Source: Selaginella moellendorffii
Lineage: Eukaryota > Plantae > Lycopodiophyta
Direction: 5' to 3'
Assembly: GCF_000143415.4 (NCBI RefSeq)
Contig: NW_003314274.1
Coordinates: 376,806 to 440,805, forward strand
DNA length: 64,000 nt
Shown: one piece after another, positions 1 to 13,379 of the stretch
Layout of the letters: each line of letters opens with the position of its first letter
How positions within the stretch are numbered: position 1 is the stretch's first letter
The notes under the pieces: model-generated
Told to the model about the DNA's origin: nothing
Database searches by the model: none
The model's input: only the letters and a program-made list of their open reading frames with translations
Program-made: the position numbers and the translations under genes

Positions 1-737
1 CTGTAGGGGGTTCCAAAAAGTATAGTAGGGATAGTGAGGTTCAGGAATCAGTCTTGAAGGAACTCTTCAGTGGTGCTTCCAAACTGACTTGAGGTTGAGA
101 TTGGGACTAAAGGGCCTTGGGTGGGAGTGAGCATGGACTTGGGTGGTGCCAAAGGGGCCACCCAAGGAAGTGCTCAAGAGCAGCTCCCACTCCCGAAAGG
201 GAAACCGACTACGGTGCTCCCGGCTCATGTGGAGTGATGCCCCACCTGAGTACTTTATGGCTCATTGGTCCTCGCCCTTCCTGGGGCTTGGGCCTTCCCT
301 TTGGGATGGAAGTGAGGGGGTAGAGGTACCCATACTATGCCGTTAGGCCACGGTGTTTTGCCCCGGTGTCCTGAAGCAAGTGCTGCACCTAAGGCTTGGG
401 ATTTAGAAGGTCCCATGATCAAGTCTTGTTATACTAAGGGATGTTAAAAACCTGGAGGCTTGGTGTGGTTGACTGCTTGTGCCAGTAGAGAGTGTAGCCA
501 AACCTTAAGTCCAATCTAACCCGGGGAGGGGGATTAAGAGAGATTTGGGAATTTGTGAATGGATGGATAATACTCCATTGCTCGTGCAGTGAGTAGTTGA
601 AACTAAGTAGGACCAAATAGGAGCTGATACAATAAGCGAGAACCTTGGCGAGGGAACTTAGCTAAAAAGCCAAGGTAGTGTTGGTCGGATAGACCAGGTA
701 AGCTAGCAAATTGGAAAGGAAAAATTTATGGCTTACA
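1..737 (+). repeat. 5' LTR (3' part) of Ty3/gypsy family A element
   Basis: Ends ...GGCTTACA at 737 and is followed by a PBS; homologous to 32441-33342 and 63274-63991. Confidence 0.9.
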
Positions 738-740
738 ATT

Positions 741-753
741 TGGTATCAGAGCC
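741..753 (+). promoter_or_regulatory. Primer-binding site, tRNA-iMet type
   Basis: TGGTATCAGAGCC 3 nt after the LTR end, complementary to the 3' end of plant initiator tRNA-Met. Confidence 0.9.
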
Positions 754-797
754 TTTTCCTTAGTTCTAGTGAAGGAAAGAGGCAGATTGCTAGGAGA

Positions 798-1935
798 TGG
801 CAAAGGCAGGGTGAAAACGAACCAAGGCAGAGATGGAACCTCCTCCAGAGCTAGAGCCTCTAGTCGAACAAAAGGCTATGGATGAGGAATCCTTGCATGA
901 GGAGGACTTTAGTGAGGAAACCTCCAAACAGGAATCCGATGGTGAGGTTTAGTTGTCCAAGGCTCGACTAAACCTCAATTGGTGGAAAACAATTGGCACA
1001 GAACAATGCCCTGTTGGAGACTCTCGTACGCAAGGTAAAGTGTGACGAGAAGCAGAAGAAAAGGCGAAAGATTGCGGATGTTAGCAGCGCAGAAGGTGCG
1101 GACCCTTCGGCAGGGACTGAGGCAGAACCAAACAAGGTCAAACAAAAAGAACTGGAATCAGTGCCTCAGGCAGTTCCCAAGTACAAACCAAAGCCTCCAC
1201 CGGTCTTCAAGGGAGTGAATGACTATAAGGTGGTGGAGGATTCATTTTACGATATGGAGGGCTACTTCCGAGCGTTGCGGTTACTGAGTTTGGAGAAGGT
1301 CCCATGTGCAAAACCATACTTGGTAGATAATGCCAAGTTTTTATGGAGAACAATAGAGGCCAACAAAGGACCAGTGGCCACTTGGGAAATGATGAAGGCA
1401 AGGATCCGCGTGACTTATGTTCCTCTGAATGCTACTCTACATCTAAGGGATGAGCTGAGTAAGCTGAAGCAGACCGGAACCATTCAAGAGTATGTGAATG
1501 GGTTTATAGCAAAGAGGATACTGGTCATAGATATGGGTGATATGGATGCGTTTCATGCCTTTGTATCAGGCTTGCAAACCTGGTCTCGCAGCGAGATGAT
1601 GCATTGGAACCCGATTAACTACAAAGAAGTGTTGGATGCGGCTATCAAGGTGCATTTTAATGATAACTTGTGAAGGGGGAACACGACAGGGTCGGGGTCC
1701 ACATTTAGCAAAGGGGCCAAACCAAGGGGAATATATAGAAAAGGGAAATTCAAGAGGAGTTTCTCTAAGAATGAGTCCTCGGGGTTCGGGAAAGGCAAAT
1801 CTGGTGGCCAGTGAACAAATACGTGGGGGAGTCAAGCAAAAAGAAACAAACCCATGGATAAGAAAGTCAAGTCTATTAGCATGTATGCTATAACTGCGGT
1901 GAAACGGGACACTTCTCAAGGGAATGTCCCTACCC
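798..1935 (+). pseudogene. gag: gag (capsid-like region plus CCHC zinc knuckle), frameshifted
   Basis: ORF 993-1673 contains LSKLKQTGTIQEYVNGF and FVSGL; zinc knuckle CYNCGETGHFSRECP at about 1885-1930 in another frame. Confidence 0.8.
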
Positions 1936-2039
1936 GAAGAAGGCCATAGCCAATATGGCCATTAAGTCGGGTGAAATCCAAACTGATGTATGTGATCTAG
2001 TCCCTAGCTCAAAGTTACTCATTACACAAGCAACTTTTT

Positions 2040-5000
2040 TTAGAGTTGTTCGTGACATCTACTAGCCCTCCAAGGGAAGCTCAGAGGTAGCTTTGTTAAG
2101 ATCCTTATTGACACGGGTGCTTCGGATAATTTTGTGGCTGTAGACATAGTCCGGCAAGCTGGACTAATAGTGCAGCGGCTGGGTGAACCAAGGACGATGG
2201 AGTTTGTTCAAGGTAACCAAAGCACCGATGAAATACTTTGACAAGCGAGAGTTGAAGTAAGGACATGGAAAGTAGACATGGATTTCACCGTGTTAGATAT
2301 AGCAAGATTTGACATAATCTTTAGGATGGATTGGTTCAATCGGTTCATAGTAGCCCTGCATGGACAAGGGAGGAACCTTGTGGTACTGGCGAATGCCTGG
2401 GGAGAACGATCCAAGGTGGAGGCCTAGGATCTAAAGGTAGGGCAATGTAAGGCCAAAGACTCCTGCTTAAAAATGGTGTCCACAAGTGAACAACTCACTA
2501 AAGGAACCAAGGTAGCATTTTTGTGCTTACTCTTGGTGAAGAGTGATAAAAAGATAGGAACAACAGAAGTACCTTTAGTGATCCAGCGGGTCTTGGACCA
2601 ATTCCAAGATACCATGCTAGAGGAGCTATCGACGGGGTTGCTCCCCGCACGATTGATAGAACACAAGATTGAGCTGGTTGAGGGTGCTAAGGCGGTGGTT
2701 CGTCCCCCCTATCATTTGAATGAAAAGGAACTCAAAGAACTCAAGTGCCAACTAGAAGTGTTTGTGGACCAAGGGTATGCTAAGTTGAGCAAGTCACCGT
2801 ATGGGGCACTAGTGTTATTTGTGAAAAAGAAAGATGGATTTATGCGCATGTGCATAGATTACCAGTTTCTCAACAAGTATACAAAGAAGAACAAATACCC
2901 TTTGCCAAGGATTGAGGACCTATTCGATAAGTTGGGAAAGGCAAAATACTTCTCAAGGATTGACCTAAGGTTAGGATACTACCAAATCAGGGTAGCAAAG
3001 GAAGATGTCGAGAAAACAACCTACCGAACAAAGTATGGGAGCTTTGAGTTTCTGGTGATGCCCTTTGGGCTATGCAATGCGCCGGCAACATTTTCGGTGC
3101 TGATGAACCACATCTTTGTACCCTATCTGGATCATTTCGTGGTTGTTTATATTGACGACATCCTGATTTATAACGAGACGCTAAAGGAACATGCCAAACA
3201 CTTGATGAAGGTGTTTGAGAAACTAAGGGAACACAAACTATATGCTAAAGAGAGCAAATGTGACTTTGCTCAACAAGAGGTAAAGTTTCTCGGGCATGTG
3301 GTGGGCCAAGACGGGCTCAAAGTGAACCCTGAGAAGGTCCAAGCGATCCAGGAATGGAAGCGACCATCAAATGTACATGAGTTGAGGGCATTCTTGGGGC
3401 TATGCAACTACTACTGAAAGTTTATTAGACACTATTCGAGAGTAGCCTTGCCCTTAACGGACTAAATGGATAAAGGGAAGATGGTATGGACAGCGGAATG
3501 TGAGGCGGCATTTGTCCACCTCAAAGGGAAGTTGAGGAAGACACCCGTGTTAGCGTTACCCGACTTTGGTAAGGACTTTGAGGTAGAAATGGATGCTTTG
3601 GACTTTGCGTTGGGCAAGACAACCATCTAGTGGCATTCTTCTCGAAGAAGTTGGACAAGGCTCAGCGAAAGTGGTCTACCCACGAGAAGGAATTATTTGC
3701 GGTGGTCAAGGCGCTCAAGGAGTGGCAACACTACCTTGGGAGGCACTTCAAAGTTTATACGGATAATGTGGTAATGAAACACTTCTTGTCACAACCTGAC
3801 ATAAGAGGGAAACAAGATCGGTGGGCTAATGCTTTGGCCGAGTTTGATTACGAGATTCTATATAAACCTAGGAAGAGCAATATTGTGGCAAATGCTCTAA
3901 GTCGAAAAGCAAGCTTGAAATCTAGCGTGACAGCAACCTTTTGGGACAATGTGCAGACAGCGTATGAGAGCGATGGTCTAGCACAAGAAGTGTTGCTGAG
4001 GAACCAAGAAGCACGAGAAGCTCACCAAAGAGGTGAGTTGCGAATAGAAGAGAAAACAGGTTATGCAGAATGCAATGGACTCATCTATTATAAACAAACG
4101 AGGGTGTATATTCCTGAAGGGGAACTAAGGAAGGTAGCTTTAGAAGAGTGTCATGAGGGACCTTTTGCGAGACACGGTGGAGTGCCCAAGACGATGCGTT
4201 TACTCAAGAGGAAGTATCACTGGCTAGATATGGCTAAGGACGTCTAAGATTATGTAAAAGCATATCCAATATGTCAGCAGGTCAAAGCTGTAGGGGGTTT
4301 GTTACAAAACATCCTAATTCCAAATCGGTCATGGAAATGTTTTACGATGGACTTCATCACGGGACTCCCCCCAAGTGAGGGGTTCGATGCGATATTCGTA
4401 GTGGTGGATTGATTTTCAAAGATGGCATATTTCATACCCACCACAACAGAAGTGGATGCGGAAGGTGTGGCGAAGCTATTCTTCGAACAAGTGGTTCGAG
4501 TGCGGGGAAGGCCAGGAAGAAATCATCTCAGATTGAGATAAGATCTTCACAAGTATGTTCTAGAGGACTCTCCTAGAACAGTATCACACCAAGTTGAAAT
4601 TCAACACAGACTATCATCCACAAACAAGTATTGGGTATTAAGTCAAGTTTGATGGCACTAACACTTCTTAACAGACGGACAAACGGAAATGATGAATAAA
4701 CAGCTGGAGGATTATTTGCGATGCTATGATTTGGGACACTAGACCGATTGGGTAAGTCATTTAGGACTTGCAGAAATGTGCTATAACAACTCACCACACT
4801 CGAGTATCGGGGTGAGTGCATGGGAAGTCATCAATGGGCGAGCTATTGAAGGTCATGTGTGGCCGCGTATCATGGAGAGTTACCTATAGTGGAGGCATTC
4901 ACGGCAGAAAGACTCAACATTTGGAATCTAGTGAGGGATTCCTTGGAACGGGCTCAACAAAGGCAAACCAAGTACTTGAACCAAAAGCACCAGGATGTAG

Positions 5001-5480
5001 AGTTCCAAGCTGGGGAGAAGGTGTGGCTGAACACCAAGAACCTTAGGCTCCCAAGTGGGATCAGCCGGAAGTTAACCCAAAGGTAAAAATGCATGTATTC
5101 CTGTAAATGAATTGATCTTGAGTTCCTTAAGCAGGTTCACGGGGCCTTACGAGATTGAGGCACGAATCTGTAAGGTGCCTTACCATCTCCGACTTCCTCA
5201 AGAGATGGGGAAAATGCACTCAGTGTTCTATGTGAACTTACTCAAGCCGTACTTTGAGGATCCGCTTCGCAAGGACCAAGTAAGACCTTTACCTGAGGTT
5301 ATCCAAGGGGAAGAGGAATACGAAGTCGAGGCCATCCTCAATGTGTGCAAGAGCAAACGATAAGGACATGAGGTGAGAGAGTTCCATGTGAAGTGGAAAG
5401 GATTTCCACACTGCGAAGCAACATAGGAACTGGAGGAGAACCTAGCGAATGCGCGAGATCTAGTGAAGGAATTTCTGCAA
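2040..5480 (+). pseudogene. pol: pol: aspartic protease, reverse transcriptase, RNase H, integrase, chromodomain; multiple stops and frameshifts
   Basis: LIDTGASDNFV (about 2104); RMCIDY and YIDDILI (ORF 2473-3417); RNase H EKELFAVVKAL; integrase HHCC region and MDFITGLP; GPY; chromodomain EYEVEAIL..VKWKGF..EEN (5311-5478). Confidence 0.92.
5083..5134 (+). other. Putative 52-nt GT-AG intron inside the integrase GPY/F region
   Basis: AG|GTAAAA...TTAAGCAG|G; removal joins ORFs 4859-5086 and 5112-5363 into KLTQR-FTGPY. Confidence 0.65.
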
Positions 5481-5903
5481 GGCAGAACTCTATGTACTTA
5501 TGCAAAGTTCAATTAAAGTATCAAATTGTGAAGTTGAGCAATGGCATATGTTGGGACTTGAAAGCACGCTGAAGGTAAGCTAATTAGCATGGGTTAGCTA
5601 GGTCGACCAAGTGTAGGAAACTACGCCTGACTCCCCATGGGGATGTTGAATCTGTAGACATATTCTATGAAGGTTGGGTTCGAGTCCCAACCCCCTAGTA
5701 AAGCAAGGCTAGGTTCAAGTCCCGACCCCATGCTAAGGCATGGTGAGGTGAGGGGTATAGGGACACCTATATTCTGTTGTCATGGGCTCTTGGCTGGGGA
5801 GGCTAACTTAGGCACACCACTAAGTGGGGGGATGCCTACGGAGACATGGGCAATAAGTCGTAGGATTAAAAAGAGATGTTTGATGTGGGCATTGAACTTC
5901 TTT

Positions 5904-5918
5904 TATGGGTGGTGGAGT
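5904..5918 (+). promoter_or_regulatory. Polypurine tract (PPT) of family A
   Basis: TATGGGTGGTGGAGT immediately before TGTAAGGAACC (LTR start at 5919). Confidence 0.8.
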
Positions 5919-6999
5919 TGTAAGGAACCAACTCCCTGAGGTGTCATAGGCTAAAAGATCCCCGAAAGCACAACCGAAATGATAAAGAGTTCATTGGTGT
6001 AAAAGACTAAATTTTCCATTCTACTTTAGTCACTTAACCACACCTCTGACCACTTGGAGGAGTCTCATTCACAACCTCCATAAGTCCAATCCAGGACTTG
6101 GGACTTGCTAGCCCCGAGAATGGCATCCATGCCACTCAACATTTGCACTTGGTCCAAGTGCTCCACGTGTCCGATCCCATGACCGACACTCAAAGGTACC
6201 ACCGACATAGCAGCCCGTTACGCTAAGGCCATGCCTAATCACCTTTGCCACACTGGTAGTCCAATACCACTTGCATCACAGTCTTGGCTCTCCAAGACTA
6301 GGCAAACCATCTGTGAGTGGTCATCTCAGATCCACTCCTTAGCATCCTTAGGATGCCCACTGACAAGGGGAATAACCTTCCCCAATATCCCTCTGTCAGT
6401 CCCCACTAAGTCCCTTTCTGCCCCTGGTCGTGTTTGCCAACACTGCCACTGGATCGAGACCCACAGGCCCGACCACTAAGTCCCACAGTCCTCTAGGACT
6501 TCCTCACCACATGACTGTGTCCTTGGTCACTACCCCAGAGGACTGCTCCTCTTCCTTTCCACAGTCTGGGCCTTTGGGACAACATTTCGGAACACCGTGG
6601 CCTTACGCGAGCCACCTGGGTACTCTTCTCGCCTTCTGCCCTTGGGTGCTGTAGCCATGGGCTTAGAGCGGGTTCCGTTGAGCCACACTAGGTATCCAAG
6701 TAGGTAGTGCCACCCACACTTGGACTGGGAGCATCGGCCAGTCGATCTCCCGGGGGAACTAGAGCCGGCTCTTGAACACTTCACCAAGCTACCCCGCTTG
6801 TCGGTCCGTGTTCACTCTAGTCTTGGACTTCCCAGTGGGCAGCTCATCACCCAACACTGGGTCCGGCCTTCCTGGGCCAAACTGGCCTTTCCTGGCCAAA
6901 TTGGCTCCACTGCAGTCCTCCCCCTACTATACTTTTGGAGCTCACCAAACCCCCCAGGGTCTGGGAGACGAACGCTTTGGGCTTTCACCCTCTCAGGCT

Positions 7000-7105
7000 C
7001 CGGACTCGGACTCGGACTCGGACTCGGACTCGGACTCGGATTCGGAATCGGGCTCGGGCTCGGGCTCGGTCTCGGCCTCGGCCTCGGTCTCGGTCTCGGT
7101 CCCGA

Positions 7106-7137
<32 letters not shown>

Positions 7138-7345
7138 CCAGTCTCGGTCTCGACTTCGGACTCCATCTCGGACTCCATCTCGGACTCCATCTCGGACTCC
7201 ATCTCGGGTCCATCTCGGACTCCATCTCAGACTCCATCTCGGGTCCATCTCGGACTCCATCTCAGGTCCATCTCGGACTCCACTTCGGACTCCAACTCGG
7301 GTCCATCTTGGACTCCACTTCGGACTCCAACTCGAGTCCATCTCA
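7000..7345. repeat. Hexamer/dodecamer tandem repeats (GGACTC, GGTCTC, GGACTCCATCTC) inside family B LTR
   Basis: Directly visible; variable-length equivalents at 31534-31890, 38465-38866, 39100-39685 and 40688-40825. Confidence 0.95.
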
Positions 7346-10300
7346 GACACTCCCACGTGTCATGTGTTGGTCCTTTTGGGTCCCTTTTTGGAGCCTCGCC
7401 TTTTGCTCGCTTCGTGCTTGTTCCTCGAGCACTTCTTTGGGAGTTCCACTCCCGCTCTTGACTTTTCAAGTCGGAGCTTTTGGTCCAAACGTGTTACGCT
7501 CGTTTGGCTCTCGCTTCAGCCACTACCACGTGGCACCCTTTCCGGCTCCACTTTGGGGCCTAGGGATTTTGTGTCTCACAACTCCACCACCCATAGACGA
7601 AGTTCAATGTCCTCATTGAACGGTAAACCATTTTGTAAAATAACACTCGCATGTGTTACCATTTCCATCCTTGGCACCTAGCCAATATTTGTCAATGGTT
7701 TGACATTGAAGGCTCACCATGCCTTTTGCATATGCCTCAATGGTTTGACACCAAAGGCTCACCATGCCTTGCCTATCCTCTAAGGAGGGTAGTCTCTCCA
7801 ACTTAGAGACTGATTGGACCACATGTAGTGGTTCTCTCCTTTTATTGGTTTAGTTCTCGCTAAACCTCTTAGAGACCCTTCTCTAAGTTAATCCCACTAC
7901 TCCTTCTTGAGTAGTCTCAATTTCCATCTATTGAATGTTTGCACCTTGGAACTTTTACTCTTTTGACTTTTGGAAGTCAATTTCCTAGGTGTCTCCAACA
8001 CCTTGCATTGCACAGATTGTGCAACTCCACTTCCCTATCCTAGGAAGTTCATTACTTGAGGGCACCATCATCCTCTCTTCTATTTCGTGCCACCTTGGGC
8101 ACTAAGTTCCATTTATCACACTTTGTGCTAGGGTTGTCCATCGCCCTATCATTTGGCTACCTTACCGCTCCCTCCCTTGGAGCTTCCACTTTCGCCAAAT
8201 CGGAGCAATTCGGAATCCATCCTTGGAAACACACTTCCTTTCCCGCAATTTGTTAGCGTCCAACACATTAGTGTTCCTCGCCTAACTTTGTCACTTGGAT
8301 TCCTTCCCAGGGATTCCACGGCCCTATCTTGGCCACTCATATTTTGCTCCTATCCTTTGATTGTTGCACCAAGCAACTTCGAATCTCTACCTCCCTCCTT
8401 GAGGTATTCTTTTGATTCCATAGCAAAGGCTCTGCTTTGCCAAGACTAGGGTGTTCACCCCTAGTAAGTCTCTTTTAGCATCTTCTGCTGTGGGCTCTGC
8501 TGTGGGCCATTCCTTGACTCTATTGGAGTCATCCAGCTTTTTGGACTTTGTCATCCGACGACCCATGAGGTCCTATCTTTGAGGTGCCAGCTCACTGGAA
8601 TACAACTTCTTGTATTCAGGTCCTACTCACAAGGACCATCTTTGCAAGTGTTACTCCGACACTTGATTTGTTCTCTTGGGGCAACCTTTTGCCTCTTAGG
8701 ACCACTTGTCCATGTGATGAGAATACCAACTCATCCTCGAAGTACATCCCCAACTCCTTGGGTTGTTCCAGCATTTATCAAGGGTAACCTCAGCTACCAT
8801 TTCGAGGACTTGTGTCATCTCCTATACTTGACCTCCCATGGTCATCAATTCCGGTCTCAAAGTTATGAGCACCGGCCTCAACTATATGAGGGTAATCTTG
8901 TGACTCCTTTATTATTTTGGAGTCTACATTTTTCCCGTGATCCCAATTATAGTTGTTTACCACAACTGTGTTAGCCCGTTTGCTGCGTCAAACGCTCATC
9001 TGGATCACATCCCTAGCTCTCTGAGGAAACCTTATACTGTTCCCAAGATCCCAAAGTCGTTCTATTATTGGCCCTTTTCTATCCACCACATCGTGCCCAA
9101 GTTCACGCATGAACTTTAGTGGAGAGCCATGTCCTCTCGACATGCTACTCCTCAAGGATAGGCCCACTCCTAGGACCTTCCAATGCCAACATCAATGGTG
9201 ATATACTTGAGCACCAATAAAAGTCGGACTAAGGAACAGCTCTGATACCAAGTTGTAAGCGACTAAATTTTCCATTCTACTTTAGTCACTTAACCACACC
9301 TCTGACCACTTGGAGGAGCCTCATTCACAACCTCCATCAGTCCAATTTAGGACTTGGGACTTGCTAGCCCCAAGAATGGCCTCCATGCCACTCAACACTT
9401 GCACCTGGTCCAAGTGCTCCATGTGTCCAGTCCCAAGACCGACACCCAAAGGTACCACTGACACCTCGGCCCGTTACGCTAAGGCCATGCCCATTCACCT
9501 TTGCTGCACTAGTGGTCCAATACCACTTGCATCACCATCCCGTCTCTCCAAGACTAGGCCATCTGTCCACGAGTGGTCATCCTAGATCCACTCCTTAGCA
9601 TCCTTAGGATGCCCACAGACCTAGGGAATCACCTTCCCCAAAGTCCCTTTGTCAGTTCCTACCAAGTCCCTTTCTGCCCCTGGCCGTGTTTGCCAACACT
9701 GCCACTGGATCAAGGCCCACAGGCCCGACCACTAAGTCCCATGGTCCTCTGGGACTTCCTCACCTCACGACTGTGTCCTTGGTCACTACCCCGAGGACTG
9801 CTCCTCTTCCTTTCCACAGTCTAGGCCTTTGGGACAACTTTTCGGAACACCGTGGCCTTACGCGAGCCACCTGGGTACTCTCCCTGCCTTTCGCCTTTAG
9901 GTGCTCTAGCCATGGGCTTAGAGCGAGGTTTCGTTGAGCCACACCTGGTATCCAAGTAGGTAGTGCCACCCACACTTGGACTGGGAGCATCGGCCAGTCG
10001 ATCTCCCGGGGGAACTAGAGTCGGCTCTTGAACACTTCACCAAGCTACCCCGCTTGTCGGTCCGTATTCACTCTAGTCTTGGACTTCCCAGTGGTCAGTT
10101 CATCACCCAACACTGGGTCTGGCCTTCCTGGGCCAAACTGGCCTTTCCTAGCCAAACTGGCTCCACTGCAGTCCTCCCCCTACTATACTTTTGGAGCTCA
10201 CCAAACCCCCCAGGGTCTGGGAGACGAACGCTTTGGGCTTTCACCCTCTCAGACCACGCTTCTACTGCGCCACTCTGATTTCGCGCGTTCCATGAACCAT

Positions 10301-13300
10301 TTACATTTGGCCTTTCTAGGTACTAAGCTACCTAGAATCGTCTTTGGGAACCTTGAAGAAACTCTGTCCCTCAGCTTGCTAAGGCCTCCCTTTTTGCAAG
10401 CCTTCAAAATGCCACATAGTCTAACATGGACAATTCCATATTTGAGACTCTCCATGGCATCACGGTTGCTAGCAGCAACACCCTCGAGCCCCCACTTGAT
10501 TCTCCACTCCCAGCTGGCATAACCAACCTTGGTTATGCCCTTTGATTCCTATGGTTCGGTTCTATCCCCTTACTTCTTGCTTTTTGGCTTCACACCTTTC
10601 CTTTGGTCATTCTCCTCCAGACCAGGAGGATAGCTTTGCACTTTCTATCACGCTTTAGCAAGTATTCTTAGGGATGAACCTACCCAATAGCCTAGGGAGT
10701 GGTTCCTCAATCCGGGTGTGCTCACCTTATAATCCCACACACTGGGATTACATTGTTGCTTATGGGCCTTTACATGCCCATCACTAGCCTTGCCAAAATT
10801 CCATTTTTGGCTTTGTCCAACTCGGGTAGACAGTCTTCTCCTATCTCCGCAACCTTGGACATTTGGATAGCACCTTCTATCCATCATTCGCTAGGGACTT
10901 AGTCCCTTGGGCTTTATCCATTGCCCATCGCGACATCAAACACCACCTTCTGGTGTTCTAGAGTGTCCGGGTGTCCCAATGATGGCTTTCTTGACAATGA
11001 GTATTTCCTTTTATGACATTGACTTACTATATCGCAACACAAGCAACTTATCCCCCGTAAGGGTATATCCAACTTCCTTATGCTATTAAGAAGTCTTGGG
11101 TAGCTACCTTCTACCCGTTTAACCAGTTATTTTGCACCTCTTGGTTAGTTGCCTCATAGTTGTCAAGTCCTACAACTCATTGCTTGGTGCTTTCACACCT
11201 CCATCATTATCTGGGTCACCACACTCCAACTGCATGCTCTGCAGCTTAGGCTATGCCATTCCCATTTCCATTGGGATTCCTTTGGCAAGGGGTTCTCATG
11301 AACCCACCAACATAGCCTCAAGGTATCACACGTTGGCACATTTGGTGTCTCCACACCATCGGCTCCACGAGCCTACCTCTATGACATTTCCCTTTCGTGT
11401 CTATGTCTTTGCCAAGACCAACACCGCTCTTTCTCATGCCAACCATCCGTTAGCACTGCCCCATAGAGGTCATACACAACTTTATGTCAAAGTTGTTTTC
11501 TTCTGGGAACACCTTTCCCATAACTTTAGCATGGCACATTTTGCCATCGATGAGATACCCTCTGTTCTCATCCTTGGATCCTATGATCCCCCCCCCCCAT
11601 CCTTTGTGGGGTACAACACACCTCAGTCCAAATGCTTCCATCAGTCCTTTTAGGACCATCCCTTGACTCTACTTGAGTCATCCAACAGTTTTGGACTTGG
11701 TTAATCCATAGACCCGTAAGGTCCTACTTGTGAGGCACTAGCTCACTAGAATACACTTCTTGCATTCCTGTCCTACTCAAAAGGACTATTTTCACAAGTG
11801 TTTCTCCGACACTTGATTTTGTTCTCTGGGGGCAACTTTTACCCCTTAGGACTACTTGTCCATGTGATGAGAATACCACTCATCTCTATGTACACCCCCC
11901 AACTCCTTGGGTTGTTCCAGCATTTATTAAAGGTAGCCCCGGCTACCATTTCAAGGACTTGAGTCCTCTTCCGTATTTGACCTTCCACGGTCATTACCTT
12001 TGGTCTCACATTCATGAGCACCAACCTAAATTATATGAGGATAATTTTGTGACTCCTTTATTGCTTTGGAGTCTTTATCTTTCCCGGGATCCCAACTTTA
12101 GTTGTTTACCACAACAACCTTAGCCAATTTGCTGAGACAAATGCTCATCCGGATCACATCCTCAACTCAATGAGGAAAACCTTGCACTGTTCCCAAGATC
12201 CCAAAGTCGTTCCATTATTGGCCCTTTTCTATCCACCACCTCGTCTACAAGTTCACACATGAACTGTAATGGAGAGCCATGTCTTCCCGACTTGCTACTC
12301 CTCAAGGATAGGCCCACTCCTCGGACCTTCCGATGCCAACACTAGTGGTGATATACTTGAGCACCAATAAAAGTCGGACTAAGGAACAGCTCCGATACCA
12401 AATTGTAAGAGACTAAATTTTCCATTCTACTTTAGTCACTTGACCACACCTCTGACCACTTGGAGGAGTCTCATTCACAACCTCCATAAGTCCAATCCAG
12501 GACTTGGGACTTGCTAGCCCCAAGAATGGCATCCATGCCACTCAACATTTGCACTTGGTCCAAGTGCTCCACGTGTCCGATCCCATGACCGACACTCAAA
12601 GGTACCACTGACACCTCGGCCCGTTACGCTAAGGCCATGCCCATTCACCTTTGCTGCACTAGTGGTCCAATACCACTTGCATCACAGTCTAAGCTCTATT
12701 TCGTTAAAGTGGGATTTATTCAGTAAAATGGGACTAGGTACAAATTTTCAAGTATTTGAAAATGACGTGAAATTATATGTTTTTTGTCCAGGGGCTAGAC
12801 ATATCTGGGGCATGGTGACTAGCGCGGTGACTTTGTGTCCAGACTGAGTCCATCTGGTTGTATAATAAATCTCATTGTCAAGGTGAACAAGCCGAATCTG
12901 AAGCTAAAGAAGAGCGATGGCATGCGCGCACACACTATTTGTTTGTTCATTGAGCGTGTGGTGAGCTTTCCAAGATGAACGTCATTCCTATTAGCCAGAC
13001 ATATAACTTAATGGTGAGAACATTTAGATATTATTCAATGTTATCTTTTTCTAACGAATCTAATTGTGAAGGTGTAGCAAGAGGCATTGCTAGTCTGGAG
13101 AAGTCATTTAACTCATTTGACCCTTAGTGTATTTTCATGAAACTAAATAACATTCATATTATTAAGGAATTTCTCTAGTACCTTTTTTTTACGACATAGA
13201 GGCTTGCATTTCTTTCAAAGGTGATTTAGTAAAAGGCCTGAGGGCACATGCCATTCTATTTCTCAGACCAGTATTAAGATATACTAGTGCAAAGGGCCAC

Positions 13301-13379
13301 ATGCCATCACGCCTCCTCTGATTCAGATTCGGATTGTTCACCTTGAAATAAAATACATTAGAAACTTAGTAAAGGAATA

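Noticed and set aside
6720-7681. Long GL/SD/RS-repeat ORFs (also 31253-32185, 38190-39964, 35190-35559, 62801-63115)
   Set aside because: Stop-free translation of 6/12-bp LTR repeats, open in several frames on both strands; not genes.
12528-12540. TGGCATCCATGCCA in family B LTRs as a copy of the transposon palindrome guiding insertion
   Set aside because: Different spacing, about 150 bp from the insertion site, and only one insertion event to judge from.
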